Source: Carpediemonas membranifera BICM (Eukaryota; Protista; Fornicata). Taken from it: a stretch of 64,000 nt of DNA. The notes beneath the pieces were generated by a model. That model was not told the DNA's origin. It was given only the letters and a program-made list of their open reading frames with translations, and searched no databases. The DNA is taken from NCBI GenBank assembly GCA_019828565.1, contig JAHDYR010000024.1, forward strand, positions 280,834-344,833, written 5' to 3'. How positions within the stretch are numbered: the first letter of the stretch is position 1; the number at the start of each line of letters is the position of its first letter. Position numbers and translations under genes: made by a program. Positions 23,619 to 35,579 of this stretch are shown here, in pieces.

Positions 23619-25084
23619 GCAGCGCCCACACAGCACCCCTACGCCAGCGCCATCTGCGCCACGCCCACACCGCAACCGCCAGCCCCACGCCAGCCCCGCA
23701 TCACCGGCGCCCTCAACAGCAAGTTCCATCATCCACATCACTCCCTAACAACATCAACGACTCGCCTACCACCGACAGCGATGGCGAAGTCTGCGTTGAT
23801 GTCGCCAGTGCCAACCCAGCTGGCATACGCGTCGCAATGAATGTAAATGTTTACGTGTTCTCTTCGTCCCTTCTATCGTCCAGGATCTGCTGTCAGACGT
23901 TCATGAGCGATCATCCCTTATCCTGCGGAGCAGCCCAACATCAGCTCAAGCGGTTCTGAGCATGCGTACAATGCTTCTGGGGCATGCAGAGTGATCATGT
24001 AGGAGCTTTATCACGATTCCAGGCTAGTTAGTGAGGGAATTCGTCTGCAGTTCCCGGCAAATCTCATTATCTCCATTATTGCTGCAGTATTCAAAGTAAA
24101 CGCGAACAATACGATCTGTCTCCATTCATTGGCGCCTCGAGGAGCGCTTCAGTCCCTCTAGAGCGTGCGTCAGCAGCATTTCGATCGAGATTAAAAATCA
24201 CCCGAATTCTAGCTCTGTTCTGGCCGCTGCAGGCACCGCTGGGCGCGATAGAGCTCGGAGCGGCGTTGTCTGCCAAAAAGAGCATATTGCTCCCGGTGAA
24301 AATTGAACCCACGATCAGGAGGCTGTGTACAAAGTCTCTTCCCTCTATGCCACGACTTATGGGAAATCCGCACTTATTAATCTCCCTGCAGGCAATATAG
24401 TCCATTTTGGAGGTATGAGCGACTGGGAGGGGGAGTTTGGGGGACATTTACGGTATGGCTGGAGTCTACTCGGGCAGACTATTATAACGAGGCTCAGATC
24501 AGACCTCTACGGCCGCTATACGAGGAGAAACGAGCCAGTAAGGGCACTAGCGGCCCATGGCCGCAGCAGCGCCCAGCCAAGCTCAGCTATAGGGTCACAT
24601 GGGGCCCAAAATGACGTGCTCATCAGGTCGACTCCCATCTATTGACTTGGTAATTGCAGAGGGCGTCTGAACGCGATGTCCTAATAACCGACTTGGTCGG
24701 AGCGGTTCGGCGATGACTCCGCTGTATTCCGCGCCTTCTTCTGATGCCGAAACATGCAGTCCTTTAGAGTCAACGCGCGTCCTGTCCGTCAGGCATGAAG
24801 GGCATTCAGCAGAGGCATTGCTGCGGTCTGCAGGCCGCCCCAGCGCTTCAGGATGGCCAACTGCAGGATCTGGACCCATGTCTATCAAATCCATTTTGAT
24901 CACATCAAACGTGTGTCAAATCCGGCAAATCGATTTTGCGATTAAAAAAGGGGCAGAGGGGAGGAAGCGACCCATAAGGCGTACCTATGGACCATTTCCT
25001 CCCCCCTGCCCGTTTTTTGAGTCTCAACTCTCAATTCCAATTTGTCCCTATGTTACTTTTTTCTAGCAGGATTTAAAGTTTGAT

Positions 25085-25255
25085 ACTGCGCATGCGTATT
25101 GCTTAGGTATAGCCAAGTACTACCATACCACTTTGAAGATCCAGCTCCGTCTCATCGTCGAGTTCATTTTTTCTTGCAAAATGACTTAAAGTCAAGTTTT
25201 GTCCTTGACTTTAAGTCACAAAAACTTGACTTGAAGTCAAGGAATTGACAGTATG
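25085..25255 (-). mobile_element. Orphan terminus of a related CMC-like DNA transposon
   Basis: Minus strand starts CATACTGTCAATTC (cf. CATGCAGTCAATTC), has TGACTT(A/T/G)AAGTCA palindromic repeats, then TTTGCAAGAAAAA and AAGCAATACGCA, which also occur (near-)identically inside the giant element's left end. Confidence 0.6.
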
Positions 25256-25340
25256 ATAGGGAAGAAAGCATGATTTATGGCTTATTCGCCCTTAAGGCTG
25301 CACCCAGAAGGGATCTCAGGAAAACCAGAAGGGAAAAAGC

Positions 25341-25462
25341 TGTTGTGGGTCCTACCCAAAGTTACACAGATTTACGTTATATTTAATAGTCAAGGAGTTT
25401 CTCCTCGACACCCTTGTGTCGAGTCTTCTCCTCAGTAAAAGTTCAACACCCATTGAACCACA
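25341..25462 (+). repeat. 5' LTR (122 bp)
   Basis: TGTTGTGGG...GAACCACA, identical to 31162..31283. Confidence 0.95.
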
Positions 25463-25483
25463 GTACTAGTACTACCAAAACAT

Positions 25484-27100
25484 ATGGGTACGGAAACTTA
25501 CAGAAGCCTGAAGAAGAATCCGCCTCTCCTGAAGAAGTCCTCCATGGACGCTCTTTTGGACTTTGCGGATAACCTCCACGATCATCGCGCCTTAGGCGGC
25601 CGCGATGATGTTATTGACCTCATCGAGCCTAGCATAGCAGAGCTAGCAGGCCTTAACGACGACGAAGAGGTTGAAGACACTCTCTCCTGCTCTCCGCGAA
25701 GCTCCGTAAGAAACGTCGTGTCGCAGCCCAAGATGAACGAGTCCTCAAGCGCCTCGGTGCTGCCCTTCGACCTTCTCGCCCGAGCATGCGTCTACAGCTC
25801 TTCCGAGTCCCCGCCAAGTCCTTCGAGCCTGATGAGGTTGCTCGAGTGAACCGCCGATTCAATCTGCTCTTGAAGCTCGTTCAACCCGAAGATCCCGAGG
25901 ACGTCTTGAAGGAGACGTACAGCCGCTGCTTCAAGTTCCCCCAACAACAGTCGCATCATGTATCGAGTCAGAGAATCAACGGAGCGCAAGGATCTCAAGG
26001 ACGCAATGGCTGATGTCCTCGTCATGTCACGCGACCTCAAGGAGTCCAAGGAGATGATCGCTTCCTTCGGCGCTGCGGGGGTCTCCGACTCACAGCGTAC
26101 CAACACCACGCCCTCCCATACACGGCACACGGGGAGCGGTCCGAAGAACCCTCATCGACGCGAGCCTGACCGCACGAACGTAGCCCCCTCAAAAGGCAAG
26201 CCGATCGACAAGCCCAAGCACGAGAAGAAGCCATTCGTGTGCTTCAACTGCGGTAAGGTCGGTCACTCCGCTCGCCGATGCCCTGCTCCGAAGACAACCT
26301 GTTCCAAGTGCCAGAAGCCGGGCCACCGAGCTGAATTCTGCCGTTCTGAGGTAAATTCAGCTCGTTGTGTGTTTTCTCTCGGTTCCCGTCAGAGTGTCCT
26401 TCCCACCGTCAAGGCTAGCATTCTTAAGCAAGTCGTGTCCGTCCTGTTCGACTCGGGCGCTGACTGCGCAACCATTGACCCCAAGCTCTGCTACGGCAAG
26501 GCAGTGAAGTGGATCTCACACGAGAAGACACTTATCGAGACAGTGGGCGGCGTCAGAGAGGCCGAGGGTCAGGTATCCTTCCGCCTCGTCTTAGCGCCCT
26601 CGCCATTCACTCCGCGCGGATGCTCTATCACTATTAAGGCCTACGTCCTGTCGACCGCTTTCGATGTATGCCTGGGTTACCCTCAGATGGTGGAGATCGG
26701 CCTTCTCCCTTCGTTGTCTGAGCCTACCAGCGAGCTCGCAGCCAGCGACGAACCACCTACATTCGAGAAGTACGTCGCGCAAGCCAGAGCCATGTCCTCT
26801 TCCTTTTCTCAGAGGCAGGCCGACATCCTCAAGCGTTACGCCCGGACATTCGTGGACCGTACCGAGCCAAGCCGGCTCGAACCGTATGATTTGGTCCTCA
26901 AGGGCGACAGAGTCGTACACATTCGGCCGTACTATGTTCCCCCGCCGAAAGTCCCGATCATTCAAGAGCACATTAATACGCTCCTGGCAAAGCGCTACAT
27001 CGAGGCATGCCAGTCTCAATACGCGAGCCCTACCATCATAGTTCCAAAGAAGGGGGAAAGACGCGTTTTGTCGTCGACTTCCGCGAGATCAATCAACTAA
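25484..27100 (+). CDS. gag: Gag (two CCHC knuckles) + aspartic protease + RT N-terminus; frameshifted
   Basis: CFNCGKVGHSARRC, CSKCQKPGHRAEFC and LFDSGA motifs. Confidence 0.85.
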
Positions 27101-27789
27101 CGGAACCATTCGACTACCCCATCCCTCGCATAGACGAAGTTCTCACTCAACTGTCCGGAAAGTCTGTGTTCGCTACCCTAGACTTGTCAGCAGGATACCA
27201 TCAGATCCCTCTTACTGAACGGTGCCGTCACCTAACCGCCTTCCGTACTGTTTTTGGTCAATACCAATATACACGGATGCCCTTCGGCTTACGTAACGCC
27301 GGAGCGTACTTCCAGAGGGCGATGGAAGACGGGTTCAAGGGTCTGGTGGGCTCCGCCTGTGTCATATACATTGATGACATCATCGTCATGGGTGCGGATG
27401 AGGACGAGTACCTGGGAAACCTCGAAAAAGTCATGCAACGCGTTGACAAGCTTAACCTTCAGCTCGGCCGAGATAAGTGCCAGTTCGGTCGGCAAGAGGT
27501 CGAGTTCCTCGGGTGGATCATATCCCAAGGCAGCGTGAAGATCTCACCCCAGCGGACCGAAGATATCGCGAACCTCAAGCTGTCTTCATCCACGAAGGGC
27601 ATGCAGGGTCTCAACGGATTCCTCAACTATTTCCGCGATTACATACCCAACTTCGCGGTCCGAGCTAAGCCTCTGCTAGACGCCATGTCCGGTCGGCAGA
27701 CCCCCTCGAGACGTTCTTCAGAAGTCGCTGGACGATCTGAAACAAGCTTTATGTTCGGCCGACGCTCTAGCCATGTTCGACGCGACTAA
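27007..27789 (+). CDS. pol: Reverse transcriptase (Ty3/Gypsy pol segment)
   Basis: RFVVDFR, LDLSAGYHQI, MPFGL, YIDD, FLG motifs. Confidence 0.93.
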   Translation: MPVSIREPYHHSSKEGGKTRFVVDFREINQLTEPFDYPIPRIDEVLTQLSGKSVFATLDLSAGYHQIPLTERCRHLTAFRTVFGQYQYTRMPFGLRNAGAYFQRAMEDGFKGLVGSACVIYIDDIIVMGADEDEYLGNLEKVMQRVDKLNLQLGRDKCQFGRQEVEFLGWIISQGSVKISPQRTEDIANLKLSSSTKGMQGLNGFLNYFRDYIPNFAVRAKPLLDAMSGRQTPSRRSSEVAGRSETSFMFGRRSSHVRRD

Positions 27790-29419
27790 GCCTCACACCG
27801 TCATGACTGACGCATCCGATGTCGGGTACGGAGCAGTCTTACTCCAAGAGGGCCGACCAGTTTGCTATATGTCGCGTGCGTTCAACGACGTCCAGTCACG
27901 CTGGTGTACCGGTGAGAAAGAAGCCTACGCTATCGTGGCAGCGTTACAACGATGGCGCAAGTTCCTGTGCTGGGAGAGCTTTACTATTCTCACGGATCAC
28001 CGGAACCTACTCTATATGTACCGGTCCACCAACGCCAAGGTCCGCCGGTGGGCTGATTCGATCGCCGATTTAGATTTCACCCTACAGCACATCGCCGGTC
28101 TGGACAACGGTGGAGCCGACGGTCTCTCGAGAGTATTCTCCATGCAACAGGCGTCGAGGGATCAGGTATCCCGCGCTCATCTCACAGCAGGAGCTCATCT
28201 GTCTCGCCGGATGACAACCGAGCAACTTAGGGCCGACGGTTTGTCTGTCTCCCGTCAAGTCGTAGACGACGTGATTACCGCGTGTCCAGAGTGCCAAGTC
28301 TTGGCCCGCCCTCCTGTTGATACACCCGACGGCCTGCATACAGCTGTAGACCTCCCGTTCCGGCGTGTGGCCATTGACACCATGGGTCCGCTACCGACGG
28401 TCAACGGCCTGTCCTACGTGACAGTAATGATCGACATGTGCTCCCGCTGGACAGAGCTAGTCCCGGTCAACAGCACCTCAGCCAAAGACGCAGCCAACGC
28501 ATTGGTCAACACCTGGATTCTACGATACGGATGCCCCGAAGTCGTCCAATCGGATGGGGGCTCAGAGTTCAAAAACGCTCTGTTCAAACGCCTCTCCGAA
28601 GAGATGGGGTTCGACGTCCACATAACGACAGCATACCATCCCCAGAGCAACGGTGTCGTCGAACGCGCGAACAAGGAGGTCGAACGCATCCTCAGAGCCA
28701 GGAAGCTGGAGTTAAGGAATAACGATTGGGTAGCACACCTACCAGTCGCCCAATTCTTGGTCAACTCAATGCCCAGGATCCCGACCCGGTTGACTCCGGC
28801 CGAGATCATGTTTGGCGCCAATTTATCAATACCGTCATCGATCTATATCACGGATGCCGCCTCGGCTGGTCCGCCACAGTCGAAGCTAGCCGCAGCCGAT
28901 GCCGCCATCCAACTCGCCAAAGCAAGGATTAGAGCCATGCGCGAAGACGCTCTCGCAAAGGCAACCTCATCGAGAAGCGAGATATTGAGCCGTTTCGTGC
29001 TGGTCAAATACTACCCAAGACCACCGAGCAAGCTAGCCCCGGGCTGGCGCGGCCCCATGAGGCGTGTCGCAGCCGTCAAACGTGATGGTGTTGTCGTCGC
29101 ATATGAGGTACAAGACCTCAGTCAGTCAGCGGACGGTCCAACTATCAAGGTAGACGCGGCACGTGTGCGAAGATTTGACCCAGGCAAGCTCTCGGAGCAA
29201 CAGATCTATGACCTCGCAGCCGCTTCCGTCGATGAGTGGCATGTCGAGCGCATCTCACGCTCTAGAGGCTCGGGCCCCAAGTCAAGGCGCGAGTACCTCG
29301 TACACTGGGTCGGATTCGAGGATTCAGAGGCTTCATTCGAACCTTATTCGCACGTCAAAGATTTGGAAGCCCTCGATACATATTTGAAGTCTGACCAAGC
29401 CAAGCGTGACGGTCTGTAA
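27773..29419 (+). CDS. pol: RNase H + integrase + chromodomain (pol segment)
   Basis: TDAS...E...TDH...ADGLSR; HHCC; IDTMGP, SDGG.EF, NG.VER; WRGP; WHVERI...YLVHWVGF...SFEP. Confidence 0.93.
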   Translation: MFDATKPHTVMTDASDVGYGAVLLQEGRPVCYMSRAFNDVQSRWCTGEKEAYAIVAALQRWRKFLCWESFTILTDHRNLLYMYRSTNAKVRRWADSIADLDFTLQHIAGLDNGGADGLSRVFSMQQASRDQVSRAHLTAGAHLSRRMTTEQLRADGLSVSRQVVDDVITACPECQVLARPPVDTPDGLHTAVDLPFRRVAIDTMGPLPTVNGLSYVTVMIDMCSRWTELVPVNSTSAKDAANALVNTWILRYGCPEVVQSDGGSEFKNALFKRLSEEMGFDVHITTAYHPQSNGVVERANKEVERILRARKLELRNNDWVAHLPVAQFLVNSMPRIPTRLTPAEIMFGANLSIPSSIYITDAASAGPPQSKLAAADAAIQLAKARIRAMREDALAKATSSRSEILSRFVLVKYYPRPPSKLAPGWRGPMRRVAAVKRDGVVVAYEVQDLSQSADGPTIKVDAARVRRFDPGKLSEQQIYDLAAASVDEWHVERISRSRGSGPKSRREYLVHWVGFEDSEASFEPYSHVKDLEALDTYLKSDQAKRDGL

Positions 29420-29461
29420 AACTTCTCAACATCGAAGCTGTATCCTCGAGGAACAAACGAT

Positions 29462-30355
29462 TTATTCAGAGCTAGATTCCTCGTCTTCCGTCTCCTCCGT
29501 GTCCGTCAGCTCGACCAACCAAGTCGGGTCAGCGTGGCGCTCAAGGGCGTTCTCAGCCAAGTACTCTCGCACACACCGGACAAGGCAGAGATCAGCGTTG
29601 AGGGACACGATGCTGAGTCCCGAGTATCCGTCATACTGCAGGATCAACACAAAAGACCCGGGACCACAAGTCGTCTTCAGATACTCGTGACGGACTACGC
29701 ACGTGACAGTGTAGTAGCGGTCCGGATCAGAGACCTGAAGCGGCTCCCAGTGAGCCTCATCGCCAATGGCGGGCAGGTAGCCGTCGTGGCACAAGCGGCT
29801 GACCAGGGTTGCCCAGAAGTCGTTGGGAGCCGGGATGCGCCGGCTGATGCCGTAGACAGCGACACGGAAGTAGTCCGGTGCGAGGACGAGGACCAACAGG
29901 CGGTTAAGATATCCGCGCGCTGTAGTGTCCGACTTGACCCCGCCGGCAGTCCGCACAGCCGCCACGAGAGCTGCAGAGTAGTGACCATTACCGGGTGAAG
30001 ATCCACCCAGCGTGATGTCGCGGCCCCGGATCGCGGCCGACACGATGTCGCCATCGGACAAGCGCTTCCTGCCGAGCTTGAGGTGGGCCCTCACACCGGC
30101 AAGCGCGACCTGGCAATGAGCCACGAGAGCCAAGACCTGCTGGGTCAGCTTCACGTCCTGCACTACGGCTGCGTCGTTCAGACGACCTTGCTCAATAGCG
30201 TCAAAGATTCGCTGGAGCGGCAGCTCGATGGAGTTGGTGTAACCTTCCAGGCGTCGGGCAACCTCGGCCTTGATGTCGTGGGGCATCAGAGTCGTCATCG
30301 TCAGGGTGCGAGTGATGCGTTCTGAGGCTTGCACGCGGTGACTATATAACCTCAC
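29462..30355 (-). CDS. Antisense extra ORF of unknown function inside the LTR element
   Basis: 297-aa ORF convergent with pol, located between the LTRs, ending GAA TAA A. A small 76-aa ORF (30372..30602) lies upstream on the same strand. Confidence 0.6.
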   Translation of the reverse strand: MRLYSHRVQASERITRTLTMTTLMPHDIKAEVARRLEGYTNSIELPLQRIFDAIEQGRLNDAAVVQDVKLTQQVLALVAHCQVALAGVRAHLKLGRKRLSDGDIVSAAIRGRDITLGGSSPGNGHYSAALVAAVRTAGGVKSDTTARGYLNRLLVLVLAPDYFRVAVYGISRRIPAPNDFWATLVSRLCHDGYLPAIGDEAHWEPLQVSDPDRYYTVTCVVRHEYLKTTCGPGSFVLILQYDGYSGLSIVSLNADLCLVRCVREYLAENALERHADPTWLVELTDTEETEDEESSSE

Positions 30356-31161
30356 GGTTGATGTTTGTTACTTACAGATTGTCGGTGACCATGCGCTTGC
30401 GTCCACGATACTTCTGAGCGCGAAGGGAACGACAAACGGACGTATGGGCAACAATAAGTGGCCTAGCCAGATCGTCATCACCAAGTTCGGTGATTTTGGC
30501 ACGAATTTCCTTCAGAACGGCCTCTACGGCTGTGTTGTCCGACATCAAATGAGTTGACGGCGACATATCCTGCACATTTCTCGGAAACGGTCGAAGGAAC
30601 AACTAACAAGGTCATCTTAGTCTTCAAGCATGCATTTATTGTCGGTAATAAGGCATTAGGAGCTTCCTAGTGCTCCTTCCGGTCAGTTTGATGTTGTTAT
30701 TCAAGTACAGTTGGACGCAGAAAATTAGAAGCCTCAGAACTCCTCAACGGAGCCGAATTGGAGCTTCTAAGTACGTTTTTCGGCGTCTGTGTGATTATGA
30801 GCGATAAGGGCTCAGCATTGGCAGTGTTTGCTAGAGCAATCGTTCTTGGCCTTCGAATTACATGGAATGGCATATAACACGTATAAGGTTTGTGAAGACG
30901 GCCTAGGAAGGCCGTGGAGGGGCAGTGGTAAGCCTTTCCGTCACGTTTCACCATTTTTGAAACAGAGCTCACATAGCGGTACCGCAGTTAGATCATGATA
31001 CCATCATTTTGATTTCGTTCAGCTAGATGCGAAAGCACTCAGGCCATGGGGTTGCCAGCCCTATGAGTCACCGTTGGCGGTCGGGTGGCACCGTCCAGGC
31101 CTTTGGTGAAATGCTGACGTCAAGTCTCTCTGTCATGCCTATACCAGGCATGGAGGGGCAG

Positions 31162-31283
31162 TGTTGTGGGTCCTACCCAAAGTTACACAGATTTACGTTA
31201 TATTTAATAGTCAAGGAGTTTCTCCTCGACACCCTTGTGTCGAGTCTTCTCCTCAGTAAAAGTTCAACACCCATTGAACCACA
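31162..31283 (+). repeat. 3' LTR (122 bp)
   Basis: Preceded by a polypurine tract and followed by the TSD AAGC. Confidence 0.95.
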
Positions 31284-31287
31284 AAGC

Positions 31288-33544
31288 AAATACGTCCATT
31301 ATCCAGCTCGGCAACGCGATAGGATACGACAAAATTGTAGACCCAGAACAGGGAAGCTTTACAGCAAAGGAAGGCCCAGGGGAGCTCCGGAAAAGCCGGG
31401 CCAAGAAGCTGTTTGCATCACTTCCCCTCCTGAGACGGTACACAAAAGCCGCCCAACAGCCATACTGGCTATTCATTGAAGGGAACCGGCTGGACCTAGA
31501 GCAGGCGGAGACACTAAGCCGGCTTCGCCCAGGGTCCCCCAAATTTGTGTTCTACCCCAGAGTCCAGGCGGACTACTCCAAGTACGTAGCACATCCCCAC
31601 CGGACGAGCCAGACGGCACCAGCTAGTGAGCAACACACCCCATCACTTCTCCCCGTGGAGGAGGGCCTTGATCTCGGCCGAATCCATAACCGGGACTTTT
31701 CGAGACCACGCCACACAATGACCTCGAACAGCTCCCAAAGCGTCCCAGACGCCTTGGATTGCGCAAACACCACCCCAAATGGGATCAAGGAGTCGTTAAC
31801 GCCACTGGGCAAGCAACTGGCCACACCGGACGAATGGGACTGCATCAGAGCCTCAGCAGATGCGGCTATTCCCACAAGGGACGTTGCCATGGTCTTCACC
31901 AGAGATGACGCAACGGACTTCACTGCCCGAACGGGAAAGGTCGCAAGGACGCTCCTCCTAGAGCTCGTGGCAACATCGCTGCAAGCTGCAGGACATTCTT
32001 CGATCTCAGGCAACGGCATCCAGACCAAGTACGGGATGGAGGCTGCAATGTGGCTCCTCCATGCCGCCGGACACGCCATCTCCGCGGGAGCTGCAGCCAG
32101 AGGGCTCCCCTCACTAGGACGCGAAAACAAGAAGCTCTGGGCCGACCTAGGCCGGGAACTAGCCAAAGGGCAAGGCTACCACGCCCCTCACCCCCCGGAG
32201 GGAGGTTTCCGCAGACCAGACGGCACGCCCATCCAGATCTGGACCCAGGGCCCCGTCGAGGAGATCCTCATCTACAGCAGAACCGAGGGTGTGATGAGGC
32301 CAGTCTTCCCACCCCCACCCCTGGGAGAAGAGCCTTCGGCAGCAGAGGCAGACCTGAGGGAGGAGGTCAGAGACCTCATCCAACGGTGGTCAGTCCCCGG
32401 CTTCCCCGAACTCTGGTCGGCATGGGATAAGACCAGGCGTCTCTGGCCCCCACCCGCGAGGATTGCCCGCGAACTGGTGTCTGCCTCCTTTCTGACGCGC
32501 AACATCACTAACTACTGGCTCACAACGGGGCAGACCCAAGTTATAGAGCCCGTACGGGACGGGGCATCTCATGGAGCCCTGGGTACTAACGAAGAAGAAA
32601 CCCCCCTGGGCCCGAGCGGCAGCAGGACTTCCGGCCCTGATAACACACCCACCACGCCAAACAAGGGCACATGCGGGCCCAGCATGGGAGCTAGCCCGCC
32701 TCGTTCCAATATCACCCAACGAGCCAACACCACCAGGCAGTTGATCGCTATGGTGGACTTTGAGGAAGGAAGAGCCAGATCCAACCAAGGAGACGAGGCC
32801 ATCATTTGCGAAGGGGCGGCACTGATTTTCGACCCAGCTAACGAGCAAATCCTCTACTACATGCACGGGATGCTTGGGGAAGACATCACAGTGGATGCCC
32901 TGGACCAATGTCTGTGGGCCACGCACTACATCCATGGCTGCCCACCAGCTACGTTTGTCGACGTCACCACGGGCAAAGCCCCCAAGGGATACGAAGCAGA
33001 CTTCCCCCACGCCAAGCGATGGTGCACCGAGATGGCTACAGAGCTGAAGAGACTGGAAGACGACTCGGGGCCACAGAAGACCCACGTCCACATCGTGGCT
33101 AAGGGAGTCGAGGCTGAGAGAAGCATCCTGACCAGTGAGAAGTTCGTCCCAGACGGGAACCTCCGCACCTGGCTAAGCTTACGCCTCATGGATGAAACTG
33201 ACCTCAACACGATCTTCCCCAACATCCTCGACACGCTGACCTGGTTCTACCCCAATAGTGGGGAGAAGAGCCTCACCGGCCTCCCCTCCCGACCCCAGTC
33301 CGAACTGGGCCGGACCTGGACCAGAAGGTACCAACAGCGCCCGGAGGCAAAATTGGTGTGCCCCTATCACAAGCACGCACCCCACCACTGCCACTGCGCC
33401 CTAGCAGATGTCTCCATATTCTACGCCAGACTAGCAACAGCGTTCTGGATGAGAGACAACCCAGGCTGGGACTGGGGGCAGGTAGAAGCCCACCCTCACA
33501 GCCCTAGGAAGCATGCTCATGGGCAGGGAGTCGCCGTACCATGA
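31288..33544 (+). CDS. LINE upstream ORF part 1 with C-terminal DEDDh/Maelstrom-like nuclease domain (N-terminus at 25270..25340)
   Basis: Removing the LTR element and one TSD restores MIYGLF...RREKA|NTSIIQ in frame. Motifs VDFE, ICEGA, HYIHG, AKG, CPYH...HCALADV. Confidence 0.65.
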
Positions 33545-35004
33545 TGAATACAAGGACCTGGCGACCAAAGTCAACGCCAGACACGGCCTCGGCACCGTGG
33601 CGGCCGGTCGCCTAACCCCATTGTCCCAACAAGTCAACCTCTTTGGCACCAAGAACCCCAAACGGGGCCAGATTATCATGACCAACTGGGAGGAAAACGA
33701 TTTCAGCTCCGGAAAGGGTATCACCAGAGCCCTGGAAGGAACAGCCGTGATCATCGGAAACCCAGAATCGCTCGCGAGAGTAGGCGAACCAGCGCGACCC
33801 ATCCTCCTGGAAATCCACTCGGAGTGGAACGGGCGCCGCCGCGCTGTCCAAGACGGTTTCCCTTGGGCGAACCTGAGGGGGGAGCCCACGGAAATAGACG
33901 CGGAAAAGATGCTTACTCTAGACGTCAGCGACACCAAAACGATGACCCTATCCCAAGCGGCGTCTTTGATGCCCGTCCACAAATTCGACATAGCTGGAGG
34001 CCACATGGGCAGAGAAGCCAGGAAGAAGATCTTCAACTACTTCACGGAGGTCCCAGCCGACGATCGAGAACTCCTGGCCAACATGTGTGTCGACCCGGAG
34101 ACAGGCTCCATCAACTTCCTCCCCTCGTTCCTCCCCCGGGACTGGGGTATCACGGATGAACCAGCAGAAAGAGGGAAGAGGCGAGTGGGCACCTTGAGGA
34201 GCGCCTCCTGGATAGGCAAACTCGCCCTGGCGGGCTCAGGCGTGGAACACCCAAAAGGGGGGAAGCCATGGGACACGCTGAACTGTGTTTTCCCGGAAGG
34301 CGCCAGCACTAACGCCAAGAACAGACTGAGGACCGAGAGGAAGCAGGCGCTTCGAACAAAGGTGAGACGAAGGGCTACTGAACTCGCCAAGATGCTCCAC
34401 AGGAGGACGGAGGTCTACCTGCCGAATGGCGGCATAGGGGGCCTATATGGCCCTCCACGCGAGCAAATTGTCACTGAACAACCGCAAAGTAGCAGGACAG
34501 AGCGAACAGAGCCCGGGCCCCCTCCAACTAAGAGCTGTCCCCCCCCCATACCCCCCAACCCATCAGCCAAGACCCGCCAGGTCAGACAGGTGGACCAAGA
34601 GGACCTGCAGCCCAAAAAGAGCACGACAGGAGGACACCGACCTGGGCAGAGGCATAGCGGCCCTGCTGGACCAAGCCATGGCCCGGCGAGAAGCAGAGGT
34701 CAGACAACAGCTGGAAGAAGCTGCAGCCAGAACCATCAACGAGCTCAAGGCCAAAAGCCAGGAGCTGGAGGAAGAACGGGAAGCCCGGAGAGCAGCCCAA
34801 GCTGCGTTGGACGAGATGCGGAAGGACCTCAGGAAGACAACGGAGAAGTGCTCGTCTCTAACCGAAGAGAACGAGGACTTACTCAGCCGCGCGGCCCGAC
34901 TCTCGGCGACCAACGAAGCCCTCAGCTTCACCCTAGCAGCCAAGATGGATAACTTCAGGTCTGACCTGAGAAGGAAGAGAGGCGAGGAGAAGGAAGGAGA
35001 GTAG
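33513..35004 (+). CDS. LINE upstream ORF part 2 (possible SF1-helicase remnant, then coiled coil; frameshifted)
   Basis: ORF 33513..34952 overlaps the coiled-coil ORF 34447..35004; LTPLSQQV and ITRA...VIIGN..SL motifs. Confidence 0.5.
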
Positions 35005-35579
35005 AAACAATCATAAGTAAGAGGTGCAGAGGGTAGTGTGATATAAGTCTGAGCTAAAAGTGTATATACTGAACCAGCATGTATGGCCAGGCTGTGACTA
35101 GTAGGGCCTTAAAGTCCAAATGGACACCGGCGAACCATTCCGGCGGGAGCAAAAATGCAACACATTCTTTTTTTCAACAAACCCCTGTGCCCCACAGGGG
35201 CCGGGGGCAGGGTTACCAAAAGGTAAAAAGAGCCCTGCCTGTCCGGCAGGCTGTAACTCCAGCCTTGGGAGGGGCAACAACCACTGTCGCTCCCACCTAA
35301 GCTCGTTAGGTAATGGTCCTGCCATGCGGCGAGGAAGGAAGCTAAGCGGAGACCGGCAGCAATGCCGACAAGCATCGTGAGGCCCCGACTGTGAAAGGGA
35401 ATGGTATGCCCTAGGCCGGGAACTAAGGGAATACAGGCACAAGCCTGCCCAAAAGGAAACGACTGCTCGGTTAGAGGCCTCAGCAACCCACCAAAAGGTA
35501 CGCCCAAAAAGGGAATGTCTACAAAGAGCAGATTAGTGCGCGCAGGGTAACTCCCGCAGTTTATGTCAGAACAACCTGA

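Larger units (their letters stand above)
25341..31283 (+). mobile_element. Complete Ty3/Gypsy LTR retrotransposon with chromodomain integrase
   Basis: Identical 122-bp TG...CA LTRs; AAGC target duplication (25337-25340, 31284-31287); PPT GGAGGGGCAG; gag-PR-RT-RH-IN order. Confidence 0.95.
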
